This document shows, in pieces, positions 9,079 through 17,229 of a DNA stretch of 64,000 bases. This DNA is from Nostocaceae cyanobacterium (GTDB lineage Bacteria > Cyanobacteriota > Cyanobacteriia > Cyanobacteriales > Nostocaceae), in assembly GCA_035298905.1 (NCBI GenBank), contig DATGXQ010000126.1, positions 1,296 to 65,295 on the forward strand. The letters are read 5' to 3'. Below the pieces are notes generated by a model. It worked only from the letters and a program-made list of their open reading frames with translations. It searched no databases and was not told the DNA's origin. The number at the start of each line of letters is the position of its first letter. Within the stretch, counting starts at the first letter, position 1. Position numbers and translations under genes: made by a program.

Positions 9079-10137
9079 ATGTTCAACACCACAGGGATTC
9101 AACTGGGGTTATTTGATAATGCCAAACATCCAATTCAGATTCTGCGAGAACAACCAGAACCCGACCCCCGAAGTCCAATTGTTGTTAGTTGTGGGGGTGG
9201 GCGCAATTCGACTTATTTGTTGATTCGGTTGTGGCAGCAGGGCATCAAACCCGACTTAATACTGTTTGCTGATACTGGTAACGAAAAACGAGCGACCTAC
9301 GAATACATAGAAATGTTTTCCGGGTGGCTTGTTGAAAGGGGTATGCCACCGATTATCACGGTGCGGAGGAAACCTACGAAAGTGTCGAGCGATCGCAAGG
9401 GATTAATCCGAGTTAACCAAGCTATGGCAGCATGGAGGAATTTATTTTCCAAAACACCGATTAGTCAATGGCTAGATGGTTATTCTTGGTTAGCTTGGTG
9501 GAAATCCAAAGAAGGTGCTGTGTGGACTACGCTGGCTGAGGAATGTATCATTACCGGAACGCTTCCTAGTAAAGCCTATGGGCGATCGAATTGCTCTCAA
9601 ATCTGGAAAATTGAACCCCAGGAACTTTATGTCAGGGACTACATGCTTGAGAGAGGACTGTGGTACAGAAAGGGACGTTCCATCATTGCTGACGTGAAAG
9701 TTCGTAAGTTTATTGGATTTCACTGTGAAGAGGTTTCCCGGTTAATAAGTAAACAAACAGGTCAGATGCGGGAACTTGAGGATAAATTTTATCGGTATGA
9801 GTACCCCCTGATGGTGGACATGATTAATAATCTGGATTGCCAAGTGGGAATCCTAGCCGCAGGGTTGCCAATACCACCAAAGTCTAGCTGTGTGTTTTGT
9901 CCACGTTCTCGCAAAGAAGAGATTGATAATTTATCTCCAGAAGACTTAGAACTTGCGTTATTTATCGAGTGGAATGCCATGAATAGCCCCAATTGGCGGG
10001 GTGAGGGATCATCAATCAAAGGGTTAGGGCAAAGATTGAACTGGACTGATTATGTAGCGGGGAAAGTTAGTGAAACAGAATTAGCAGCGATCGCTCACCG
10101 CCAAGCCCAAATGTCCTGTAATTGTATTGACGATTAA
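9079..10137 (+). CDS. PAPS-reductase-family PP-loop protein (mobile-element type, not CysH)
   Basis: PP-loop-like VVSCGGGRNSTYLL, then LFADTGNE. C-terminal cysteines SSCVFCP and CNC. Confidence 0.65.
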   Translation: MFNTTGIQLGLFDNAKHPIQILREQPEPDPRSPIVVSCGGGRNSTYLLIRLWQQGIKPDLILFADTGNEKRATYEYIEMFSGWLVERGMPPIITVRRKPTKVSSDRKGLIRVNQAMAAWRNLFSKTPISQWLDGYSWLAWWKSKEGAVWTTLAEECIITGTLPSKAYGRSNCSQIWKIEPQELYVRDYMLERGLWYRKGRSIIADVKVRKFIGFHCEEVSRLISKQTGQMRELEDKFYRYEYPLMVDMINNLDCQVGILAAGLPIPPKSSCVFCPRSRKEEIDNLSPEDLELALFIEWNAMNSPNWRGEGSSIKGLGQRLNWTDYVAGKVSETELAAIAHRQAQMSCNCIDD

Positions 10138-10144
10138 ATAACTA

Positions 10145-10360
10145 TCAATTTACTGGTTTGATTTTCAACCACCAACCAGACTTTCTACGACCGCAAAGCC
10201 AAGCCTCAGCAACTATTGTTTTTTCGATGTACCAAGTGTAATGACCAAGTGAACCCTCTACAGCAGTAATCCCATCATAATTTTGCTTGACAATTTCAGT
10301 TGCATCATTGATGGTTGCTGCCCAGATTCTTTTTGATTTGAAGAAATATGTTTCTCTCAT
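10145..10360 (-). CDS. hypothetical small protein
   Basis: 71-aa ORF; the only long frame in this interval. Confidence 0.35.
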   Translation of the reverse strand: MRETYFFKSKRIWAATINDATEIVKQNYDGITAVEGSLGHYTWYIEKTIVAEAWLCGRRKSGWWLKIKPVN

Positions 10361-10381
10361 AGCAATTTACAGGGAAATCAA

Positions 10382-10777
10382 ATGACTCTAACTGAACTCC
10401 GCAGTATTGTTTGGATACTTGCTAATTCAATCCCTACTCGTTACTGGGTGCATTGGAATTATCCTGCTGTTCCCGAAAAAATGGCCATTTATTGTCAAGG
10501 TAAGGTTTATGAAGGGGACTTGATTAGGAAAGGATTCACAAAGGAAATCCACAATAGAAAAGTTTATTGGGTAATAGAACGAACCCCGGAACCGGAATTA
10601 CCAGAAATTCCAAAAGTTCTAGAATCGGAATTAGAATTCCCAAAAGTTCCAGAAAACGAGACAGAAACCCTAGAAGATTTTCTTAATGCCCACCTTGAGA
10701 ACACAGTAGAGTTTAGATTCCAGCAAAATACTAATGGTGAAATAAACTGCTTTTCTACGGATAACCCATTGAATTAG
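10382..10777 (+). CDS. hypothetical protein with a P/E-rich internal repeat
   Basis: 131-aa ORF. Contains the 18-mer GAATCGGAATTAGAATTC (10622-10639), which is also present intergenically at 2970-2987. Confidence 0.35.
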   Translation: MTLTELRSIVWILANSIPTRYWVHWNYPAVPEKMAIYCQGKVYEGDLIRKGFTKEIHNRKVYWVIERTPEPELPEIPKVLESELEFPKVPENETETLEDFLNAHLENTVEFRFQQNTNGEINCFSTDNPLN

Positions 10778-10827
10778 TTGGCTGCTGCTGGTTGAATCGC
10801 AATAACTGGAATTACAAAATAACGAAT

Positions 10828-11265
10828 ATGACAACGAAACCCAAGAATCTATTAATTAGCATTCATCCCAAGCCAATCAAAAAGATTATCAGTGGAAGTA
10901 AAGATATTGAAATTAGGAAAACCAAACCCAATATTAAAAAGGGTGATAATGTTTGGGGGTATGCTACACGTCCCGAATCCAGTTTGAAAGTAAAATTTGA
11001 ATGCGGCGGGGTAATTGAATGCGAGAAATCCAATTTTTGGTTGGAGTACGGCAGCCGCATCGGGATTACCAAAGATGAATTTGAAAGCTATTTATCTGGC
11101 AAGATGATGGTTTATGGAATAATCGTGAGCAATTTAACTGTTTTTGATGTTTCTTTGGTGGCATTGAAACAAATACCCGCATTTGAATACTTCCAGCCAC
11201 CCCAGGGGTTTTATTATCTGAGTGATGACCAAATTTCGGAGCTAAACAAATATTTAAAAGCATGA
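10828..11265 (+). CDS. ASCH-domain-like protein
   Basis: ISIHPKPIKKIISGSKDIEIRKTKP is a typical ASCH N-terminal strand pattern. ATG at 10828. Confidence 0.5.
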   Translation: MTTKPKNLLISIHPKPIKKIISGSKDIEIRKTKPNIKKGDNVWGYATRPESSLKVKFECGGVIECEKSNFWLEYGSRIGITKDEFESYLSGKMMVYGIIVSNLTVFDVSLVALKQIPAFEYFQPPQGFYYLSDDQISELNKYLKA

Positions 11266-11270
11266 ATAAT

Positions 11271-11315
11271 AAAAGCGATCATCTCTGGAGTTGTCCATTG
11301 GTAGTCGCTTTTTTT
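11271..11315 (+). terminator. hairpin plus T-run, candidate intrinsic terminator
   Basis: AAAAGCGA...loop...TCGCTTTTTTT directly after the stop at 11265. Confidence 0.45.
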
Positions 11316-11402
11316 AAATAGCAATGTTTTTATTTTGGTATTATGTTTAATACATAACATTGATATAATATTATGTGTTGATGATAAACAAAAATCAAAA
11401 CA

Positions 11403-11726
11403 ATGAGATACCTAAAAGAATTACTTCTTGGAATCCTAGTTTCCTTGGTGTTTTTGTTAAATCAAAGTGCAATGGCTGGGGCTGAACCAATAAAAGAATC
11501 TTCTCAGCAAGATTGCATTTACACAAAAGTTCCGGGATATAAAGGCTATTCGGCTGAGTGTCACCCTAAAAAAGAACCATCAAGTTCATTAAAAAATAAC
11601 GAACCTCAATGGATTTGGTCACTTGCTTCAAAATCTTGCTTTTCTCCAGGTTTACACCCGTGGCAATTAAAATTTGAGCGACTAGCCGATGGAGCGAAAG
11701 AATTTCCATTTTGCGTAGAACCATAA
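11403..11726 (+). CDS. small secreted protein
   Basis: N-terminal signal peptide LLGILVSLVFLLNQSAMA|GAE. Four cysteines. Confidence 0.45.
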   Translation: MRYLKELLLGILVSLVFLLNQSAMAGAEPIKESSQQDCIYTKVPGYKGYSAECHPKKEPSSSLKNNEPQWIWSLASKSCFSPGLHPWQLKFERLADGAKEFPFCVEP

Positions 11727-11736
11727 ATATTAAATA

Positions 11737-11782
11737 AAAGCGATCTCTTCTGGGGTTTCCATTGGCGATCGCTTATTTTTTG
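11737..11782 (+). terminator. hairpin plus T-run, candidate intrinsic terminator (paralogous to 11271-11315)
   Basis: AAAAGCGATC...CCATTGGCGATCGCTTATTTTTT. The 8-bp stem AAGCGATC/GATCGCTT is built on a HIP1 site. Confidence 0.5.
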
Positions 11783-11971
11783 CTTATATTGCTAAGTTAT
11801 GTTAACACAAACACCTTACTAATGAATTAGCAGAGGAGTTGAGAAAAATTGCCGGGGAGAACAACAGAAAAATATCAACAATGGGGATGCTGCTTTTACA
11901 GGAAACGATCGCCAACCATGCAAAACAAAACCAAAATGATATGATTGTGCGGTAGTATTTCTAACTTCAAG

Positions 11972-12493
11972 ATGCAGCGAATTATTAAGTTTTTGGTGGT
12001 TCTGGTAATTCTGTTTTCCACACAAATATACCCAGTCAATGCAGAAGTAGTGAGGGGAAGGATTGTTGCAGCAATCGATGGGGACACCTTAATCGCATTC
12101 ATAAATAATAATCAGGTATCCATCCGGCTAAACTGTATTGATGCCCCAGAGTTAGCCCAGTTCTTTGGAGTGGAATCTAAAACTAAACTTGCTAAGTTAA
12201 ATGGTGTTAATGCTGAGTTTGATGTTAAGGGAGTTGACAAATACAATCGCCTAATTGCAGAAGTGTTTGTAGGCAAAGACCGTCATAATGTAAATTCTGT
12301 GATGGTGAGGGATGGGATGGCTTTTGTATACAGAGAGTATCTGAGAGAATGTCCGGCGATCGCACCCCAGTTAATCAAATACGAACAATTAGCCAAACAG
12401 AAAAGATTGGGTTTATGGAAACAGAAAAACCCCGTGATGCCTTGGGATTATCGGCATGGAGAAAGTAATGATAGCGTTGGGTTTAAATCATGA
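11972..12493 (+). CDS. secreted thermonuclease (staphylococcal nuclease, SNase-like)
   Basis: Signal peptide, then VVRGRIVAAIDGDTLIAF...IRLNCIDAPE...YNRLIAEVF, the canonical SNase pattern. Confidence 0.8.
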   Translation: MQRIIKFLVVLVILFSTQIYPVNAEVVRGRIVAAIDGDTLIAFINNNQVSIRLNCIDAPELAQFFGVESKTKLAKLNGVNAEFDVKGVDKYNRLIAEVFVGKDRHNVNSVMVRDGMAFVYREYLRECPAIAPQLIKYEQLAKQKRLGLWKQKNPVMPWDYRHGESNDSVGFKS

Positions 12494-12705
12494 ATACTTT
12501 TAGATTAAAATTTCCAGTTGGGCGATCGGTGAAACTCAAGGAACAACAATACAATACATTTGGAATAGGAATAGTCATTGATTGGATTCCCGGAACAGGA
12601 GAAGTAAATTTTTTCTATCATGTAAATTTTGTAATTTTAGAAACTGGTGAATTTATGCCGATGTGGTGCAAGGAGTGTGAGATAGAAGAGTTGTTTTTGG
12701 AGTGA
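12490..12705 (+). CDS. hypothetical small protein
   Basis: 71-aa ORF with a 4-nt start/stop overlap with the nuclease gene. Confidence 0.35.
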   Translation: MNTFRLKFPVGRSVKLKEQQYNTFGIGIVIDWIPGTGEVNFFYHVNFVILETGEFMPMWCKECEIEELFLE

Positions 12706-12706
12706 C

Positions 12707-12901
12707 ATGAAAATTCTTATCACCGTAGAAGTTCCTGGCGGCATGATTCAGTCCGTGATTCAAGTACCCGACAATATTTCACCAGAGGATGCCGAGGATG
12801 CAGCGAAAGAAGAATACTTAAGCATGGTTAACTGGTGCTGGGAAACTCTACAAGATGATGCAGCAGAACCCAGGGAGCAAGGGTGCTTTATAAAAACTTG
12901 A
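12707..12901 (+). CDS. hypothetical small acidic protein
   Basis: 64-aa ORF starting 1 nt after the preceding stop. Confidence 0.35.
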   Translation: MKILITVEVPGGMIQSVIQVPDNISPEDAEDAAKEEYLSMVNWCWETLQDDAAEPREQGCFIKT

Positions 12902-13109
12902 CTCGTCTCCATAACATCAAAATTTGATTAATCTTATTTCTTCCTAAAAAGCTAATGCGTCATACCAGCAAAAGTCTTAAGATTCATGAAATCTTGCGAA
13001 GATTACTTAATATTGAGCAGTTGCTTCTTAATAAGATTTGTGAAGTTAAAGGCAAAGAAATTTAACAGGGAACACCTAAGTATTTTGTGATTTTCCTCCA
13101 TGCTGCAAG

Positions 13110-14603
13110 TTAAATTTTTAACTTAACCTCTACCACCTCACCATTTAAAATGACTACTGATTGAACAAGCTCACGATAGATGCGCTTTTTGTCTTCATCG
13201 GAGCAATTTTTCCAACATTCCGGGTCAGAGAATGCCCAAGTTAAAAGTTCTATAGAAGCAGAATTGATTTGTTCTGGAGTCTGCTGATACTGAAAAGCCA
13301 ATATCTGGTTTTCGATTTGGGTGATCGCATCTCGAATAGCTGGATTGGGAGCAATTGAATTTATCTGCTGCATCTGGGCAAGCTGGGATTCCAGTTTTAG
13401 CAGTTCTGGTGGTTTGGGGTTTTCTTTGGTTTCCGGCACTTGGGCAAGCTGGGCGATCGCTTCAGCACGCTGGGTTAACTTTTCAACAACGGCATTCTCA
13501 ACGATTTCCATGCGAATAGTTTTCTTGTTAGTACAGCTGCGAGTAGTCCAGTTTTTGCATTGAAAATAATAATTGCGCTCAAAAGGAATCCCCAAGCGTT
13601 TAGCTCTGTAATGATTTTTTATTCCTGAAAGCGAGTAACAAGCTCCCCGGCATTCAGCGCAAAATATTGATCCCGAAAGTGGGTATTTAAGTGCCGTGCT
13701 GCCATACCCTCGGACTTGTTTATTGTGAGCTAGAATGCTTTCAATTTCCTTAAATTCTGCTTCAGTGATTAGTCTTTCATCAGGATGAGTATCGTAGTAA
13801 ATTTCCGGCTCTCTGCCCTTGGCTGTCTGTTTTTTTCTTAAATATCCAATGTGTCCTCGGAGAATGGGATTTGTTAGCCAATTACTTAACCCAGATGTGC
13901 TAAATCTAAATACATCCCTAGCTGCCCGTCCGCCTTTTTTCTTTTCACCCAGGGCATTGTTGCGAGCAAAAGTTTGGATGCCGTATTTTTCATTAATTTC
14001 TCTTAGTGTTAACCCCAGAGAACGCTTTTCAAAAAACGCCTCAATAATTTCCCCAGCGATCGCTGCCCTAGTCATTTCTTGTTGGTTTTTAATCAAACAC
14101 AAAAACGGTCTGTCGTCCAGGCAGGGTTTATCATCAATCTTTCTGTAACCAAATGGAAGAATGTGAACTACTAGATTCTTCCGAGCATTTGCCCAACCAT
14201 GTCGAACTGATTCAGCCTTTTGGTCACTGTGAAGTTGAGCAAAAACAGCAAGCTGCCCTGCCATTGCTCGACCAGCAGCAGTAGTTAGGTCAAATGGTTC
14301 ATCAAGAGCGCGAAGAATTACACCAGAACTTGAAAATAAATCAAAAATTTGGAAACTCTTGACCCCCCGACGTGACAACCGATCAACGCGGGTAACAATC
14401 ACTTCATTTACGTGCTTTAACCTCACCATCCCTAAAACCTGATCTAATTGAGGACGGTGATTATCTTTCCACCCGGATTCCACATCCTTATAAATTTCTT
14501 CAGCACCAGCAGCTATTAATCTGTCAATCTGCTGTTGCAGGGCATTAGAGTTATTTGCTTGCTCAAGGCTGGAAACCCTAGCATAGCCAACTATTTTGGG
14601 CAT
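13110..14603 (-). CDS. large serine recombinase (resolvase/invertase N-domain, recombinase domain, zinc ribbon and coiled coil)
   Basis: IVGYARVSSLEQ carries the catalytic serine. VTRVDRLSRR, a cysteine cluster CAECRGAC...C...C and a C-terminal coiled coil follow. Sits about 40 bp from the element/comM junction. Confidence 0.9.
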   Translation of the reverse strand: MPKIVGYARVSSLEQANNSNALQQQIDRLIAAGAEEIYKDVESGWKDNHRPQLDQVLGMVRLKHVNEVIVTRVDRLSRRGVKSFQIFDLFSSSGVILRALDEPFDLTTAAGRAMAGQLAVFAQLHSDQKAESVRHGWANARKNLVVHILPFGYRKIDDKPCLDDRPFLCLIKNQQEMTRAAIAGEIIEAFFEKRSLGLTLREINEKYGIQTFARNNALGEKKKGGRAARDVFRFSTSGLSNWLTNPILRGHIGYLRKKQTAKGREPEIYYDTHPDERLITEAEFKEIESILAHNKQVRGYGSTALKYPLSGSIFCAECRGACYSLSGIKNHYRAKRLGIPFERNYYFQCKNWTTRSCTNKKTIRMEIVENAVVEKLTQRAEAIAQLAQVPETKENPKPPELLKLESQLAQMQQINSIAPNPAIRDAITQIENQILAFQYQQTPEQINSASIELLTWAFSDPECWKNCSDEDKKRIYRELVQSVVILNGEVVEVKLKI

Positions 14604-14642
14604 TTTCTGATAAAGTAATAGTGTACATTTAGTATTGTATAT

Positions 14643-15266
14643 ATGTTTCTTGACGAATTAAGCGAATTTAAGCGCGATGTATTAGAGTTTCTGCGCCAAC
14701 CTTTGGAAGATGGTTTTGTAACAATTTCTCGCACGAAACAATCTGTAATGTTTCCTGCCCAGTTTACTTTGGTGGCGAGTACCAATCCTTGTCCTTGTGG
14801 TTATTATGGTGATACTATTCAACAGTGTACCTGTTCACCGCGACAAAGAGAGCAATATTGGGCGAAGCTTTCTGGACCATTGATGGATAGAATTGATTTG
14901 CAGGTGGCTGTAAATCGCTTGAAGCCGGAGGAAATCACCCAGCAAGCTACAGGAGAACCATCAAAAGTTGTGAGGGAAAGGGTACAAAAGGCACGCGATC
15001 GCTCTCTGCACCGTTTCCAAAATGAAACAAATCTGCGTTGCAATGCCCAAATGCAAAGTAGCCACTTGCAAAAATGGTGCAAACTCGATGATGCTAGTAG
15101 GAACTTATTAGAAGCTGCAATCAGAAAATTAGGGTTATCAGCTAGGGCAAGCGATCGCATTCTCAAAGTAGCACGAACGATCGCAGATTTGGCAGGGGAT
15201 GAGGAACTCAAACCCCAACACGTAGCAGAAGCTATTCAATATCGTACAATTGATCGAATGCAGTGA
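14643..15266 (+). pseudogene. comM: 3' fragment of comM/yifB (Mg-chelatase-like AAA+ competence protein), truncated by the element
   Basis: Begins at (L)FLDELSEFKRDVLEFLRQPLEDGFVTISR...NPCPCGYYGD, i.e. from the Walker B motif onward. The N-terminal roughly 300 aa are missing. Confidence 0.85.
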
Positions 15267-15270
15267 GGAA

Positions 15271-15300
15271 TTAAAAATTAAAAATTAAAAATTAAAAATT
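15271..15300. repeat. STRR heptamer array (TTAAAAA) x4
   Basis: Read directly. Confidence 0.9.
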
Positions 15301-15403
15301 ACAGCAGGGAACAGGGAACAGGGAACAGGGAACAGGGTTGAAACTCCTTTAGCATCAGTCTTTGTTATTAACTTCTGTACTTCATTTACCCGAAACGTGC
15401 TGT
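15301..15403 (+). repeat. MITE-like small dispersed repeat, family A (ACAGCAG, (GGGAACA)n, ~60-bp tail, CTGCTGT-like end)
   Basis: Shares its ends and tail with 24157-24266, 30242-30344, 55162-55264, 56796-56894 and 62442-62639. Confidence 0.8.
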
Positions 15404-15455
15404 AAAAATTATCAGCAGTGAAAAAGTTTAATTTATACCAAAGTTATTCAATTAA

Positions 15456-16235
15456 TTGAAAATCATGAATAACGGCAAATTTTATCACATTGGATTTAGC
15501 AAAGAAGATTTGGGTGCATCACCGCCAAGTGTTGCTTTGTTATCTGGTGATCCGCAACGTGCTAGTTTAATTGCGGAGGATTATCTACAAGATGTGAAAA
15601 CTTTGTCAGAAAATCGCGGTTTAAATAGTTATGTGGGATATTTACCGAATGGTAAGAAAATTCTATCTGCTACTAGTGGAATGGGTGCGCCATCTTTAAG
15701 TATTGTTGTTAATGAATTGGTACAATTAGGAATTACAAAAATTATTCGCATTGGAACTTGTGGAGCAATTCAACCTAATATATCTGTAGGTAGTATTGTA
15801 ATTAGTAGTGCAGCATTGTGTCGTCAGGGTGCAGCTAATGATATTGCACCAGTAGAATACCCAGCCGCAGCAGATCCATTTTTAACTGTGGCTTTAGTAC
15901 AAGCTGCACAAGAATTAAAAATTAACTATTTTCTGGGTATCACTGCATCAGTGGATACTTTTTATGAAGGACAGGAACGGATTGATTCAGCTAACCCTCA
16001 TTTAAGGCGATCGCTAGTGGGAATCACTGAAGAATACCGACAGTTAAATATTTTAAATTACGAAATGGAAACTGGCACTTTATTTAAAATGGCAGGGGTG
16101 TATAATTTTTCTGCTGCCGCGATTTGTGGGGTAGTTGCCCAACGTAGTGTAGCAGAAGATGTGATTGTGGCACAAAAAGATATAGCTATTGAAAAAGCCA
16201 TTTTAACTGCTATACATACTATCAAAAATTTATAG
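15456..16235 (+). CDS. nucleoside phosphorylase (PNP/UDP family, uridine-phosphorylase-like)
   Basis: FYHIGFSKEDLG...ALLSGDPQRA...IRIGTCGA...YEMETG motifs. Confidence 0.7.
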   Translation: MKIMNNGKFYHIGFSKEDLGASPPSVALLSGDPQRASLIAEDYLQDVKTLSENRGLNSYVGYLPNGKKILSATSGMGAPSLSIVVNELVQLGITKIIRIGTCGAIQPNISVGSIVISSAALCRQGAANDIAPVEYPAAADPFLTVALVQAAQELKINYFLGITASVDTFYEGQERIDSANPHLRRSLVGITEEYRQLNILNYEMETGTLFKMAGVYNFSAAAICGVVAQRSVAEDVIVAQKDIAIEKAILTAIHTIKNL

Positions 16236-16591
16236 TTCTAAATTCTGCTAGTGATATTTTTTACTATTTATTGCGCTCACACAAAATCTTGAGCAATTAA
16301 ATTTATCTAAATTTCATTTAATCTTGATTTAATCAATATTTCATTTTTACCAAAATATTTTAAATAAAATCTGCTTTTATTGCTGATAAAGCTCCAGAAA
16401 AGTTGAAAAGTATAAAAAGTAGTCTATAGCCATAATCAATAAATGATTAACTCATCCTCAAGATAGTCGAAGAGGAATATGAGTTCTGGCAATTTAGACT
16501 GTGGAATATAGATTTTACGCATCAGCGAACTGTATACCATTCAGGGGTATCTAGTTAGAGTATAGCTGATAATTTTGGAGAACTATTTAAC

Positions 16592-17188
16592 ATGAAAGAT
16601 GCCTCACACAAAAAGATTTTTACCAATAAATTAGTTGTAATAGCATTTATCCCTACTCTCATAATTTCGGCTTTATCATCTCGTGTATTTGCTGAAGATC
16701 AAGGGGTATGCTTTATGGTGACACCTTCTGGAAAGACTATTAATTTAGGGAAAATTTGTGCTAGAGAAAGCCAACCTCAAACAATTGCCCAAGTTCCTAA
16801 TAATACCAAAATTTTACCAGGTAAAATTGCAAGAATTCCCATCAAACGGCGTATTGGCAAAATACCTGTAATCGAGGTGAAATTTAATAATAATCAAACT
16901 TATGAAATGATTTTAGATACAGGTGCTACTGCTACTCTCATTACTCGGAGAATGGCTAATAAACTTAATGTAAAGTCTACAGGAATAATAGAGGCACAAA
17001 TTGCTGATGGTACTCAAGTTAAATTATTTACTGGCAAGGTAAAATCTATAGCTGTAGCTGGAGTAACAGCTAAAAATATAGAAGTAGCGATCGCCCCCAA
17101 AGCAGGTATAGGACTTTTAGGTCATGATTTCTTTGGGGACTATGATATCAAATTACTAGAAAACGAAGTGCAATTTTATCTTCGTTGA
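16592..17188 (+). CDS. secreted retropepsin-like aspartic protease
   Basis: Signal peptide and ILDTGATATLI (D-T-G active-site motif). Confidence 0.65.
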   Translation: MKDASHKKIFTNKLVVIAFIPTLIISALSSRVFAEDQGVCFMVTPSGKTINLGKICARESQPQTIAQVPNNTKILPGKIARIPIKRRIGKIPVIEVKFNNNQTYEMILDTGATATLITRRMANKLNVKSTGIIEAQIADGTQVKLFTGKVKSIAVAGVTAKNIEVAIAPKAGIGLLGHDFFGDYDIKLLENEVQFYLR

Positions 17189-17229
17189 TTTTCGTTAAGG
17201 TTGATTTAATCAAATCTTGATAGCCAAAT

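Larger units (their letters stand above)
1..14642. mobile_element. plasmid-like integrative element inserted in comM (right end in the window; left end beyond the window start)
   Basis: Serine recombinase at the edge, abutting a 5'-truncated comM. Cargo consists of replication, regulatory, methyltransferase and nuclease genes. Confidence 0.75.

Noticed and set aside
8975-9223. 82-aa ORF overlapping 8848-9048 and the start of 9079-10137
   Set aside because: It is out of frame and overlaps two better-placed ORFs, one of which has a clear PP-loop domain.
12955-13065. 35-aa ORF (MRHTSKSLKIHEILRRLLNIEQLLLNKICEVKGKEI) downstream of the recombinase gene
   Set aside because: It has no SD and no recognisable motif. 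It is too short to support from sequence alone.
14643-15266. The 207-aa ORF as an intact small gene
   Set aside because: It aligns from the Walker B motif to the C-terminus of ComM/YifB and lacks the entire N-terminal half. Its ATG is fortuitous, at the insertion junction.
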